Assembly (NCBI GenBank): GCA_000442015.1
Contig: KE560848.1
Span: 62,001 to 126,000 of the forward strand
Source: Rozella allomycis CSF55
Taxonomy: Eukaryota
Length of the DNA stretch: 64,000 bases
Direction: 5' to 3'
The first letter of the stretch is position 1. Every line of letters begins with the position of its first letter. The translations under genes and the position numbers were made by a program. The notes under the pieces are model-generated. The model searched no databases. It was not told where the DNA came from and saw only the letters and a list, made by a program, of their open reading frames with translations. Below, piece after piece: positions 10,271 through 23,828 of this stretch.

Positions 10271-10822
10271 CTTGACGACTAGGTAAACACCCTGGTTATT
10301 TTTATCTTTGGTAATTAACAGATTTAAAGATCTACCATGTTTGCCGGCTGCAAAGTGCAGGAATTTTTATTTTTGGAATACATCTTGATCATCTGACATG
10401 AGATCACACTTTAAACACTCATACAGTCCAATTTTCTTAATCTTATCCATCTTTACGAAAATTCTGGAGATAATTGCCTTTTTCGTAAATGCCATTGCGG
10501 AGACTGTATGTGGTAAGCGACATGACCTACTCGCGTTTGAAAGGTCTAGAACGTTGTGATGGATGTCATATTGTCAGTTTAGTGTCATGTAAATGCCAGA
10601 ATTTAATAGTCGATTCGGGTATTACTTGACTCGTACATTTTTTATTCAATCAAAACATTTTTATAGCGGCGATAGTGTAATTTATTTGTTTACATATTTT
10701 CGTGCTTGGCGATTACATCTGATGCTGAAATATACTAGTAAACACCTAAACTATGATTACTAATCACTGAATGGTTGAAATAAAAATGTTATCCTTAATT
10801 TAGTTTTATTTTTTATACAATT

Positions 10823-12561
10823 CTATTCGATTAATTCAGTAATCACACTGTATGAAGTAGCATCCCAAGCAGGTATGGTTGACAACAACTTTGTCAATTT
10901 CGCTCTATACATTTGATTAATAAACACTTTCCAATTGAAACCGGTTCTTTTCCGTGATAACTTATCAATAAAGACGATCAACCTATGATATATAACATAA
11001 ATAGGTGGAACTGTCGTACTAGTCATGGCGCCTTGCTGCCTAGAGTATTGTGGATAGCATCTGGTAGAAATAATAAAGAGATAAGAGAGCGTAGATTTAA
11101 CTTGAGTCGTATGAACCTCTTCTAGGGCAAATGAAAAATGGTTTATAACTATTATGCAAAGTTCAAGAAATGTCTTTTCAAAATTTTCTATTGAAGGCGC
11201 TCCTGTTTGTTTTAAAATTATCTCATGATTGAAAATAGAGTGCATGATATGAAATACACAATCTATTACATCATAAAGCAGCTTCTTTATGGTTTGGATT
11301 TCCTTGTAGGTGTTTATCAGAAACATTTGAATGTCGTGTTTATAGAACACCTTGGCAAGTATTTCTAAACAGCAAGAATGTATATAATGCTTGTTTTTAA
11401 TTGGCAACTCTAGACGGCTTTTACAATGGGCCAATCCAGAATACGAAATTTCCAATATTGCAGTTAAATCGTCAATGGAAAGACGATTGTAGTATTGGCA
11501 TGTATTACTTATACACAAAATAATATTTTTAAAAGTCTCGAAAGATATTTTACACTTTCTAGTAAAATCCAAAAGAAATGAAAAATGGTGCATGAATGTA
11601 GATTGAAGGTCTTCTTGGAATGAAAAATTCCGTAGGATTATGGAGATCAATGTAATAAAATTACGACCAGGCAAATGGTTTAAAGAAAACAATTCAATTT
11701 CATCCAACTCGATGGAATATCTTTTTGTTAAATTAAAACCTGAATTCGTAGGATCTGTTTCTGAAAATTCACGCAAATAATAAACCAGCCAGGTCATTAA
11801 GCATGGAAATAAATGCCCCGGAAATAAAATATTTTCATCTGAAGAAACTACAACCAGCCTTGTTAATGCGAATTTGACTTGTATTTTCTCTTTCGACTGC
11901 AGCGCCATTAGAATTTTGTTTGGGTCTAGTTTGCCTTTTAATTAATAGAATGTTTCATACCAAAGTCTTGTTTTGAATAAGGATAGCAAGGTATTCTAAA
12001 TTGCGATAACCGTTTAATGTCAACGCCTCCAAATGTTTCCAAAGTAATAACCAGCGTTTTATCCGCATCTAAGATTTGTTTGTTTTCTGTTTCGTCTTCG
12101 GGGCTAAATAAATGCTTCAATTTTTCATAAACTGTATTAATAGTTTAAGTCAGTATTACTTGTTGATAATTCTATATGTGAATTTACAGCCAATTCAAAT
12201 GGCAAAAGAACTTTTTGATATAATGATTTTGTATTAATTTTAAATCTTTCATCCAAGGAAGACCAAAAATCCCGCGTCAACGACTATTGCATTTTTGAAA
12301 AATAATTACTGCATCAAATCCGCCTATCATTACCACATATGTGTACAGTTTGTAAAGAGAGAGGGGAAATCCGTCGTTAAAAGTTAAAGTTGATTCAAAT
12401 CGTCTCTTGGAACCCCATAAAGAGTAAAACTTGTTCAGTAGAGTGGCAAAATCGGTTTCTGAAATAGAAGAAATGTTGGTTATTGTTATTTGATTTGTTA
12501 TATCTTTTAAAGAACATTTTGGCGGACTAAGCTTATCTATAAGGGAAAGCGAATTTGACAT
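10823..12561 (-). CDS. ARID-domain SWI/SNF subunit (Swi1/BAF250-like), multi-exon
   Basis: ARID motif LSLYKLYTYVVMIGGFDAV...W...LYQKVLLPFE, then ETFGGVD...MALQS...FAL and ILRNFSF resembling the Swi1/BAF250 C-terminal region. Confidence 0.7.
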
Positions 12562-12654
12562 TTCCCGAATTTTTCTTTCAAGAGAAATTTCCGAAACTTT
12601 AAACACACAAGAAAGAATGAAATGAAAATCTTTTAACAACTATTTTTTATTCTT

Positions 12655-14158
12655 TCAGTTGCGGAGCCATAACATGTGGGATCTAATTCTTGAATAATCA
12701 GGCATTGTAGCAACTGGACCAAATCCAACGACTGCAGGACTGCGATCATAAACATAGTTAGTAAAGGTCTCTTTAAAGTTTTTAGCATTGACTGCATCAA
12801 TCTGTTGAAAGATTTCATTTAAGTGGTAGCGTTTTCCATAGCAAAGCATTTGTCTTCCAATATCTTCACAGACTGCAGTAGTTCCATCTAATTGAAGTCT
12901 ATTTTAAAGCGAATAGGTTATGTTTACAAAAAGTTTGATTTTAAAAAGACTTTGGCACGTTCTACTTCTTCAGGGGATATCTTTAAACACATGTGGTTGA
13001 ATGCTTGTTGAAGATCAAAGAATAGATCATCCAAACCATAAACCCTGTCAGAGACCATGTAAACTCCAAATAGACCAGTATCTTTATAAGATGTATTAAA
13101 GGAAGTGTAGGACTGAGCTAAATCAAATTCAGAAACCAGTTGAGCAAATTTAGAAGATAAATGAACCCCACCAGCCATAGATCTATCCCAAGATCCAAGT
13201 GCTGCTTGGGCAACCAACATTTTGTAATAATCTGGACTTGTCCATGAAACACCTTCAACAGCTAAAACCATGTGAGCAATATCCATAGTATCATCCTTAA
13301 GTCTCACTTCACTACCAGTAAAATGAACTGGATTCAATATCTGAGGTCCCTTTGGGCTAGTCTTCTTTATCTTGCTAAATGCTGCCTCTGTTAGTTTGAC
13401 TAATTGTCCATGATCTACACCACCAGCTAAAATCTAATCATCATAAACAGTTTACCAGCTGCAACAACCATTCTGCTTCCAACGTAGTTCTGATCAACAA
13501 AGTTGGTTAAATCTTTTCTATTAATTCTTTTGATATTCTTCACGGGTCCTAAAATGGTTTGTCCAAGTGGAGTTCCTTGGTATGCAACTCCATGCAAATG
13601 ATCAAATACAGTCTCATCAAATTGTTGACTCACTTCTTCGTACTCTCTTAAAATCACTTTTCTTTCTTGTTCAATGGCTTCTTCCTCATATTTAGCATTC
13701 TGTAATATATCAGAAAGAATGTCAACAGCCTGTGGTATATCCTTCTTAAACACCTTGGCATAATAAACAGTCTGCTCTCTTGAAGTATACGCATTTAAAT
13801 GTCCACCCATATTTTCAATTTCAATTTCCAAATCTCTTTGAGATCTTTTTGCTGTTCCCTTTTACCATCATTGTTTATGTCTTACCTTAAACGCCATGTG
13901 TTCAAGAAAATGAGCTGTTCCGTTATTACTGGCATCCTCATATCTACTACCAGCATCAATCCACACTCCAACTGTCGCTGTTTCTGTTTCAAGGTTTTCT
14001 GAAGCCACCCTCATTCCATTAGGCAATGTTGTAACTTGTGTACGCACTAAATTGTTAGAATATGAACGCAGAAACTATAATTGTTATCAATCAGATCATA
14101 TTCTTACCGAGGATATGCTTGGGCGGGATTGGGTGAATCGGTTCAACAAACGCAACAT
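12655..14158 (-). CDS. MAS1: Mitochondrial processing peptidase beta subunit (M16)
   Basis: [49 protein letters not shown]; mitochondrial presequence-like N-terminus. Confidence 0.93.
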
Positions 14159-14428
14159 CTTGTGCAAGGGTTGTTTATAGACATTCCAAAAGATTTACAA
14201 TAAAAAAGAAAATTATCGAAAAAATAAATTAAAAATCATTATTGAATGGTATATTATTACAAAATACGGGCGCCATGAGAGTATTAAATTTCCTTATTTT
14301 CCTCTACCAAAGAGTACGATTTGTCAATATTCAATAATAGATAATATTCTTTAAACGAAATAAAGAATCAATATTAGATGAGATAAATGACATCATGATT
14401 CATGCCTATCTATATTGTCCAGCCACAT

Positions 14429-15069
14429 ATGGCAGGAAAACCGTTTTTACGTGGAAAAATTCATCAATATATGCCTCACCTTTATTGGCAATCGTTTTAC
14501 TTTCAAGTGCCAAGACATATGAATCGCTAATTTCAGCCATAGTGTATTCTTTAGCGACAGTTATTTTATATGGGGTAAGTTCTACATACCATACAGTTTT
14601 GTGGAACAGTACATCAACAAAAAGATTAATGCAAAGGTTAGATCACGCATCTATATTTATCTTCATTGCTGCCACCTACACTCCGATCTGTCTGTTGACT
14701 CTTGGTGAACATGAATTTGCAATGCCTTTGCTAAGAAACACTTGGATAATTGCTTTCTTTGGTATTTTAAAAATCTTCTTGACAAATGAGTCCTATCCGA
14801 TCATCGATATCTGTCTTTATCTGCTTTGCGGATGGATGTTGGCTCCACATCTCAACTTAATTATATCTCATATCACATTCGCCGATACATTGTTATTTTT
14901 GCTAGGCGGAATGTCCTACTCAATAGGAGCCTGCATATTTGGCTTGGAGAAGCCAAATCTCATGCCCCCATTTTTTGAATATCATGAATTGTTTCACGTG
15001 CTAACAATAATAGGGCATTTGTGCTTTTATTTTCCAATACTTAATGCCATACAAAATAATTCAAAATAA
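14429..15069 (+). CDS. Hemolysin III / PAQR-family membrane protein with an apparent frameshift near 14470
   Basis: SSTYH, RLDHASIFIFIAATYTP, YHELFHV and about 7 hydrophobic segments; the family N-terminal motif MAGKPFLRGKIHQY lies in a different frame starting at 14429. Confidence 0.85.
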
Positions 15070-15305
15070 ATTGTTCATCGTTTATTCATCTGAACTGAGG
15101 TATTGGTGCGCTAAAATCAAAACTCCAGCAGCTATTCCACATACGTTCACCATTAGTGCTAAGAATACGTCTGTCATATTATCTATAATGCAATAAATTA
15201 CATCTTACTCTAAAAGAAACGTTATGTGCCTAAGCCACACACTAATTTTACATCTATTTACTGCCCATAAAGATATTAATAGATTTATTTAAAAAAACTA
15301 ATAAT

Positions 15306-15888
15306 TTATTCGATTTTCAATGTGGCACCTACGGCAGTTAAAACTTTCTTGAGATTTTCTACCTCTTCTTTTGTGGCACTTTCTTGTATGACTTTGGGTG
15401 CACCTTCTACAAACGCTTTTGCCTTAAAAAAATCATCATTAAAAGACTACTTGAACGAGATTTAGATTTGGAATCAGACCCTTAATTTCACGAATAAGTT
15501 TCGCCTTTGACGCCGCATCGAATTTTTCTAGAATGACTTTGAACTCGGTTTGTTCTTTGGCCTTTAATCTCTGGATATATCAATTTACTTTTGGTGCTGC
15601 TTCTGCTTCAGCGGATTGGTCTTCAACTGGTGCCGACGTGGGCGCTGAAGCGACGGGCATGGCAATTTCTTGAATATTTAGTCTTTCCTTGGTATAAAGG
15701 ATTTAATTGAATACTTTTAAATGATTTACAAGCTCTGAAGTCTCCATTAATGATAAAGAAGCAATGCTGTCGACAATTGAAATAATTTTTGGGGATGGTT
15801 GAGTTTGAGCAGAGACAAGATTAAGTGCTTCTGAATAAAAACGTGATAGTCGGACAATTGGACGTCTTGCATAACGTGAAACAAACAT
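15306..15888 (-). CDS. MRPL12: Mitochondrial ribosomal protein L7/L12 (bL12m), multi-exon
   Basis: IVDSIASLSLMETSELV, EQTEFKVILEKFDAASKAKLIREI, AKAFVEGAPK. Confidence 0.9.
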
Positions 15889-16021
15889 TCTTGACTATGG
15901 TCTTGGCAAGGGTGACAAATCCAAATTTGGAAAATTGAATTGAATAAATGCCCAAGAATCTGTTATATTTTATTAATGCCGAATTAATATTCTTTTGGAA
16001 TAATAAGCTTGTAAATTTCTC

Positions 16022-16976
<955 letters not shown>

Positions 16977-17109
16977 CTCAATAAAAATGTTAATTAATAT
17001 CTAGCGAGATAAAGTTTTTAAAAAATAAAACGTTACCGAGATGATATTCACGACAATATATTTGAGAAATGGTTAATATTGCTTAAATTGTGGCTTGCTT
17101 TAAGTTGCA

Positions 17110-19613
17110 ATGTTTCTTTCCTTTTCTGTACATTTTCGTAGACATCAAGTTCAAAGATCACTTTTGATACGCACAAAGACAAATATAATAGACAATCCCC
17201 AATATCTTGCGTCTCAATGCAGCGGCTGTGGAGCGAAATTTCATGATACCGATGAAACGAAGCCGGGTTATTTGAAAGATTATTTGTTGAGAGCCGAGAA
17301 ATGGGTTGCGCAATTTGAAAAATTTTATGGTACACCAACAAAGGGGATTCAACCACGCAATTTTCTTCAGAGATATTTCGGGAGCGAAAGAAAATTGTCG
17401 AGACTGGAAGTTGAAAGAATGCAGAAGAGAGCTGAAATGAAGTCGGAGGAGGTTAAGGAGAAAACGAGGACGGGTTATTTAGACTTTATGAAGGTTTGCT
17501 ATAAGGATATGCCAGAGAGGGTTTCTGAAGCTTTGGAGAGTGTTAAGAATCCTACTACAATTAAGCTTGTGCCTTCACTGACTAAAGATATTGTGTTTGA
17601 TGAGAACATGGAGAATGAAGCACTTGCTGAATTGTTACGCCATAGATTTCAAGAGACGACTGGCAAGAATTATGATGAATTGATGGAAGAGAGCAAAAAG
17701 AATGAGGAAAAGAGAAAGGCACTGGAGTCGATGACCAAAGAAGAAAAAGAATTTCAAGATATTTTATTTGAGGATGATGAATTGAAGGAATTGAGAGGCG
17801 AAGAAAATTTGGACGTTGGCAATTTTGTAGAAAAGAGTGAAAATACATTAGTGTTTGAAGACCCTGTTTCATTTACGTTTAATGTTGTCACTGAAGATAT
17901 TTTGAAGAGAGTTAACAAGGAATATTTAAAGCCATTGATTTGTACACGTTGCCATACTCTAAAATTCAAGTCTGTAGCTATTGGAAAGAGATCAGAAATT
18001 GTTAATAATTTATGGACGAAAAGTGAAAAAGATTTTATAAAAAAAGTTATTGGGAAATCTGTTAAATGCATTATAGTTTACATAGTAGATGTTCTAGACT
18101 TTCCAGGCTCATTCATCAATAATTTATACGATGTGTTCCCCGAAGAATCTAGGGTTCTTCTTATTGGAAATAAAGTTGATGTTCTTCCAGAATACATTGA
18201 CCAGAACCAGGTAATGTAATGTTCCTTATAACAATAGTTGCGACATTGGCTAAAGGAAGAAGCACAGAAACGAGGATTGAAAAATATCGATCAATTAATT
18301 CTTACTAGTGGAAAAGAAAACATTTGTGCCATGAAATTAGGAAAAGAAATATATAAAATGTCTTGCTTCTTTGCCAAGCCTGAAAATGTTTCTGTATTTT
18401 TTGTGGGTTCTACAAATGGTAAGTGCTGAATTATTAATGTTTATCAAGTTGGTAAATCTACTTTATGGAATTCCATCATTAATGAATTTGACATAAAAAC
18501 ATCAGCATTGACCACTTGTTCACCAGAGCCAGGAACAACCGTAGGATTTTTAAAACTCGCATTAGAACATTTAAAGCCTAAAGATTTTAATGAATCAGTT
18601 CAATTTCCTGCAAATGGGTTTGTATATGATACCCCGGTAATTGATATTGATAAAGTTAAAAGGGTATTAATAATCCACACAGCTTTTCTAATGTTTTAAA
18701 ATTAAAGGAAATTGAGATGATAAGTTTTAAAGAAAAGATCGTGCCTGTATCATGGAGAGTTAAACAAGGCCAGTCATTGTTCATAGGTGGCCTTGTTCGA
18801 TTGGATTATGTAAGTGGCACTGAACCTATTTTCATTACAATGATGGTTTCTAAATATGTTATTGGACATCTCGTGGAAACAACAAACGCTAATGATGAAT
18901 ATGAAAAAATGGCTGGAGATGAATCTAGAAAAACGAAATACTTATTGCCACCATTAGGAGGAAAAGAAAGAATGAAGGATTTCCCACCTTTACAGAAAGC
19001 AATGACGATAAAACCAAATTGTAGTCAAATGAGAATTCCAATATCTGATTTTGTATTTTCTGGTCTTGGTTGGGTTTGCTTTACTTCAGCTGGTGCTAAA
19101 AATGTGACAATTGACGTTTTCACACCAAATGGTATTAAGCCCTATGAAAGAGAACCTTTTTACCTTGAAGCTGCAATTCATGGAATGAGTGGCTATAAAA
19201 AGGGTAAAGAAAATTACTACAAGACAGATAAACTTTCAATTGCTGAAATTGAGCACGTGGAAAAGAATGCCGCAAGATTCATCTACCTAAAAGAGAAATC
19301 TAAATTCACTAAAAAGAAACGCGCGTTATTGAAAGAAACTTTGGAGACTCTTAAAACTGATAAGAAATACGAAGACTTTAGCTACCACGAATTGGCAGAA
19401 GAGGCTGAATCAATAGTAATGGAAAAACTAAAGGATCTTAAACCTCCCTCTTTACAAGAAATTACTCTCGCAAGAGCGAAAATTGTTCATGAGAAAATAA
19501 ACAAACGAAAAGAAGAACTAGAAAAATTTAAGAATTCAAAGCAACAATATTTCGATCCTCCAAATGAAGAAACAGAAGAATTAAATACCCAAGAAGTAGA
19601 AAACGATGTCTAA
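17110..19613 (+). CDS. Mitochondrial circularly permuted GTPase (YqeH/NOA1/Gep3 family)
   Basis: CSGC...CTRC zinc site, DVLDFPGS, NKVD, GSTNVGKST, PGTT, DTP, GQSLFIGGLVRLD, SGLGW. Confidence 0.85.
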
Positions 19614-19665
19614 TTCAACTGGAATAAATTTTCATATTCATTTTCTATTTTTCAGAAACTTTTTC

Positions 19666-20602
19666 ATGGCCAAACTCACCTTTGAAGCCCAAGTTTATAA
19701 GCAAATATATCCCAGAGAATTTTTGTCGCGCTTTCTTCAAAATGGCTTACGTCCAGATGGAAGGAAGGTCGACCAACAACGCCCTTTGGAAACAGCTGTT
19801 GGTAACTATTTCATTGATTATTTATAGACTGTATATCTACAGCAGATGGCTCCTGTCTTTTAAAACTAGGCAAAACGTCAGTTCTTTGCGGTGTAAAAGC
19901 TCATGTCACACAGCCTTCTTTAGCGCATGCAAACAAAGGCTATATTGGTACGACAATCTCTAATTTTTAATCAGTGCCAAATGTAGATCTAAATCCAATG
20001 TGCTCACCCTCATATAGACCTGGCCCACCGCCAGACGTTGCTCAAGTAATGAGCGAGCAGCTTAATAGGCTTTTTGAATCAGGGTATATATTATTCATTC
20101 ATGAAACATCAGAGAAATTGTAGACTTGAATGAATTGTGTATTATTGCTGGAAAACTCGTGTGGGTATTGCATGTCGATGTCACTGTTTTATGCGACGAC
20201 GGTAATGTCTTTGATGCCGCGTTAATGGCAATTCAAATGGCTTTACAAAAGAGTATGCCATATTTCTAATATAAATTAGCCAAACTGCCAAGAGTACATT
20301 TGGATGAAGAGGAAATGATAGTATCTGTCCAAGAGGATGAAAAGCCCTTGTTCGTGACAATGAAACAATTGGCTATTCCAGTTACAGTCGGCTTCTTTCA
20401 AAATCAAATTTTGTTTGATTTGTCCAAAGACGAAGAACTTAATTGCGATGGTACAATGACTGTTGTTGTCAATCCAACCAAAAATATCATGTCGGTTTGG
20501 AAGGCAGGTTCGATAGCAGTTCCTCTAGAAAGTATTCAAACCGTAATACAAAAATCTTATGACTCCCATTTTGCGAAAGCCTTTTACAATAGGCATAAAT
20601 AA
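19666..20602 (+). CDS. RRP43: Exosome complex subunit Rrp43/EXOSC8 (RNase PH-like)
   Basis: IYPREFLSRFLQNGLRPDGR, STADGS, PNVDLNPMCSPSYRPGPP, LCDDGNVFDA. Confidence 0.9.
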
Positions 20603-20917
20603 AATACATTATTTATCATTCATACTTTGGTTGAGTGGAAACAAAAAATTAGAAGTTAATGCATTATATGCTTAATTGGTTATGATATTAATTGATATTG
20701 CAAGCACTGAATGACTACTTTCATCATATGCTTCTTAATTCAGTTATTATTTCGTTCATTAAAAATTCAAACACAGATTTAACAAGTTGCAACATGTATG
20801 TAACTTTCTTGAAAGCCAAAGAATCGTTTGAAAGATTCCTCAGTTAAAAAACAAGCCGCCTTTTACTCTACCAAAGAGTTTTGTGCAACCATCAACAAAA
20901 AAATTGGAAGAAGTTAA

Positions 20918-21250
20918 AAAAGAAGGTGAAAACATGAACGAATTAAAAGAGATGTTAAAAGAATTGTGTTTAAGCAACAAACAAAACAGTGAGACCCACA
21001 ACTCAAAGATATCTAATATATTATTTAGAGTGTTTTGTATTAGTTCCTCCTGATCCACAGGAGTTCTTTTATTTCTTTTTTTATCTCATTAGACAAAATA
21101 ATATTTATGTTCTCAGCCATGTACTGAGTGGCCGAAGTGTGTGCTCTCAAGCACTCTAAGATGTGTTTTGAAACGTCACTGTTTTGTTTGTTACTTAAAC
21201 ACAATTCTTTTAACATCTCTTTTAAATCGTTCATGTTTTCACCATCTTTT
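20918..21250. repeat. 75-bp inverted repeat (20918-20992 / 21176-21250) with 183-bp spacer
   Basis: AAAAGAAGGTGAAAACATGAACGAATTAAAAGAGATG...ACAAAACAGTGA is matched by its reverse complement with 3 mismatches. Confidence 0.9.
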
Positions 21251-21269
21251 CTAATTCGAAATTTTCAAA

Positions 21270-21679
21270 ATGGACAAATTATTGGATGACAGGTTTTTAA
21301 ATGACTGTAAAGAAAAAGATATCGAAACGCTTGATAGAATGTTGTCATTTGAAATATATAAAGGATGGAAGGTAATTGTTCATCGAAATGGTGGTCTGCC
21401 TGATATTGAATTTTTTGTAAAGAAAAGCGACAGAGTCAGCGATCTTAGGGCTGAATTCCAAAAACATATCCAACTAAAGATTACAAATTTCAATTGGTAT
21501 GACTATTATGACGTTAGAATAGGAAACACTTTTGGAAAAGGTATACTTTCTATGGAAGGAGGCAAAGATTAAATGAAAGAAATGAAAGGTTGGAAAATTA
21601 TCAATGTTTTGATAATAATGAGGAATTCATTCATCTTACACTTATGCGTCAGAACATCAAAAAATATACAAAGCATTAA
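21270..21679 (+). CDS. SNRNP25: Probable U11/U12 snRNP 25 kDa protein (ubiquitin-like fold)
   Basis: After removing intron 21497-21522: LLDDRFLND...VSDLRAEFQKHIQL...NWKHFWKRYTF...LNERNERLENY, which follows the SNRNP25 pattern (DPLL.D, TVLDLK.AI, SW..VW..Y.L, L.D...L.DY). Confidence 0.65.
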
Positions 21680-21934
21680 GTTACAAATACATAGCTAAAT
21701 TCAAGGATTCATTAATGGTGATGACACTTATAAAAGTTAAAACGTTCAAAATGATAAATATTCTGTATCGTTAATTTGCATTGTTAATTATTTTTGATAT
21801 TGATTAAATGTTCTTCTTTGGTGAAGATTAAAAACTCAAAAAATCGGTACTAATTAATAATGTAAATTCCTTTGGAGCGCCACTATTATGTTTTTTTGGC
21901 ACGTTGACTTGAATGTGAACCAGGGACCAGGGTA

Positions 21935-23745
21935 ATGTTGAAGCCGATAGTAGTCTTCTTCTTGATAATATCAGTGATATCAAATTTTCCTGTTGACAAT
22001 GAAATCGAATTTGGACCTGGAATCGGGCATCTTGTAGATAGATCGTCAGATCTCGTCGGGTACTTTGGGCTCATATCGAATGAGTGCCCTAACTGCCACG
22101 TTTATTGGGAGCCCCCTTCATACAACACAAAGAGCTTGATTCTCGTACCTTTATTTATAGAAAATGTGTGGGTTTTAATCACTACGGACACCTTTATAAG
22201 CCAGCCCGAACAACACCGACAGTTTGACGTATACGATAGCACAAATGTTTTAGAGAAACATCCTGGTCGCGTTAAAGTATTTAATATTATGACGATGTTA
22301 AGTAGGATATTTGCGTCTACCTAGGAATCAATCTATTGGATTGTAAAATGAATAAAGTAGATGTAGAAAAACAGGACAATGAAAATGCTAGCTGGATTAA
22401 TTTGTGCTTTAATGCAAGATGGGCAGCATTAGACCAAAAATTCACTGGTCTTTCTTATCATCACGTGGAATTGATGAAATTTGAGTTATATATTGGAAGG
22501 TTGTTCATGATAAATATCATAGAACTTGGAAAATTAACCCAATATGAATCCAGTGTTCCCATTACAAGAAGCTCGATTATTAAATACGAAATTGATCCAT
22601 CAAACTCATTTCACAATCCCAACCACAATATTAATAATCAAGCACGGGATATTGAGAGTGCTGCTAATTTGCCTTTTGATCATTTTGGTAAAGATAGCGG
22701 CACGTTAGTTCTTTGTTATTTGAGATTTATAAAAGGTCTTTCTCCTTCTCAAATATCAGCAATCTTCGGCTTGTCACAAATGTATGTCATTTCAAGAATA
22801 AATGATTTTAAACGGCGTTCGACAAGGCGCCAGGATAAATCTTTTGAAACCAATTTTAATGATGCCCTAAGATTGCTTGAAAGTTTGTCAAGCATTCCAA
22901 AGCCAATGTTTTCTTCTTCTTGTAAAAATACATTTCAGGATATTGAAATGATTCCTTTAGTGATTTGGTTAACAAAAGAGTTAAAATATGAAGAGGGCGA
23001 AGTGGCGATATTGACAGGGATCCCAAAATGTTTCATCAAGTTAATAACCCAAGAATCTACCAATGAAGCTGCTAATCAAACGCAAATTCAACATTTCCAT
23101 GAATGGTTACTGAAAAGAGCACCGAAAGTCGATGTGCCGATCAAACAATTAGAAAACGATGCCAATATTTACGCTGATCTAGAAAAGGCAATAGAAGAAT
23201 TAAAAATAGAATTGGGCGGTCTTAAATTTGTTATATATTACTTGAAATATGTTAAGCGTTTGCGCCATGATCAAATCGCTAAATTTGCAAAAATAGAACA
23301 AAGAATATCACGGGACACTTGCCATAGATTAAGGAAACGAAATAATAAAGACTTTGAAACTTTAAAGAAGAGTTTAAGAAAGGTGAAATTCGCTCTTGAA
23401 AACGTCAAAATCCCGTTCCCCACAGTTTATTATACAGATGCCTTCAAAAATGTTAGTGAAAGAGATTTTTTGATAGTTTGGTTATCAGAAATGAAGAAAC
23501 TCAAGTCAAATGACATTGAGACATTACTTGATGTTCCTGCAGACATTGTAGATTTCATTGTTGAAGAATATAAGAATGAGAACCAAATCTTTTCCATTGA
23601 TGAAACGCGGATCAATTTTTTTGAGACTTGGTTGAACAAGCGCGCCGAAGATTTATCCATAGTCATCAATAACGGCATGAACGATCCCGAACTCGATGCT
23701 CTTGAAGAAATGATATTCCTTGTGGATGATGTGGATGAAATCTAA
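21935..23745 (+). CDS. Putative secreted protein (about 590 aa) with a duplicated C-terminal module containing HTH-like units
   Basis: Signal-like MLKPIVVFFLIISVIS; intron 22277-22305 joins it in frame to ORF 22336-23745; two ~150-aa repeats each ending F..WL.KRA. Confidence 0.7.
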
Positions 23746-23828
23746 ATAAATAAATATTGATAGATAATATAAAAACTCATTTTATTCGCTATTAGATTTT
23801 TAATTTCGTCTCCAGGGCCACCAGACAT

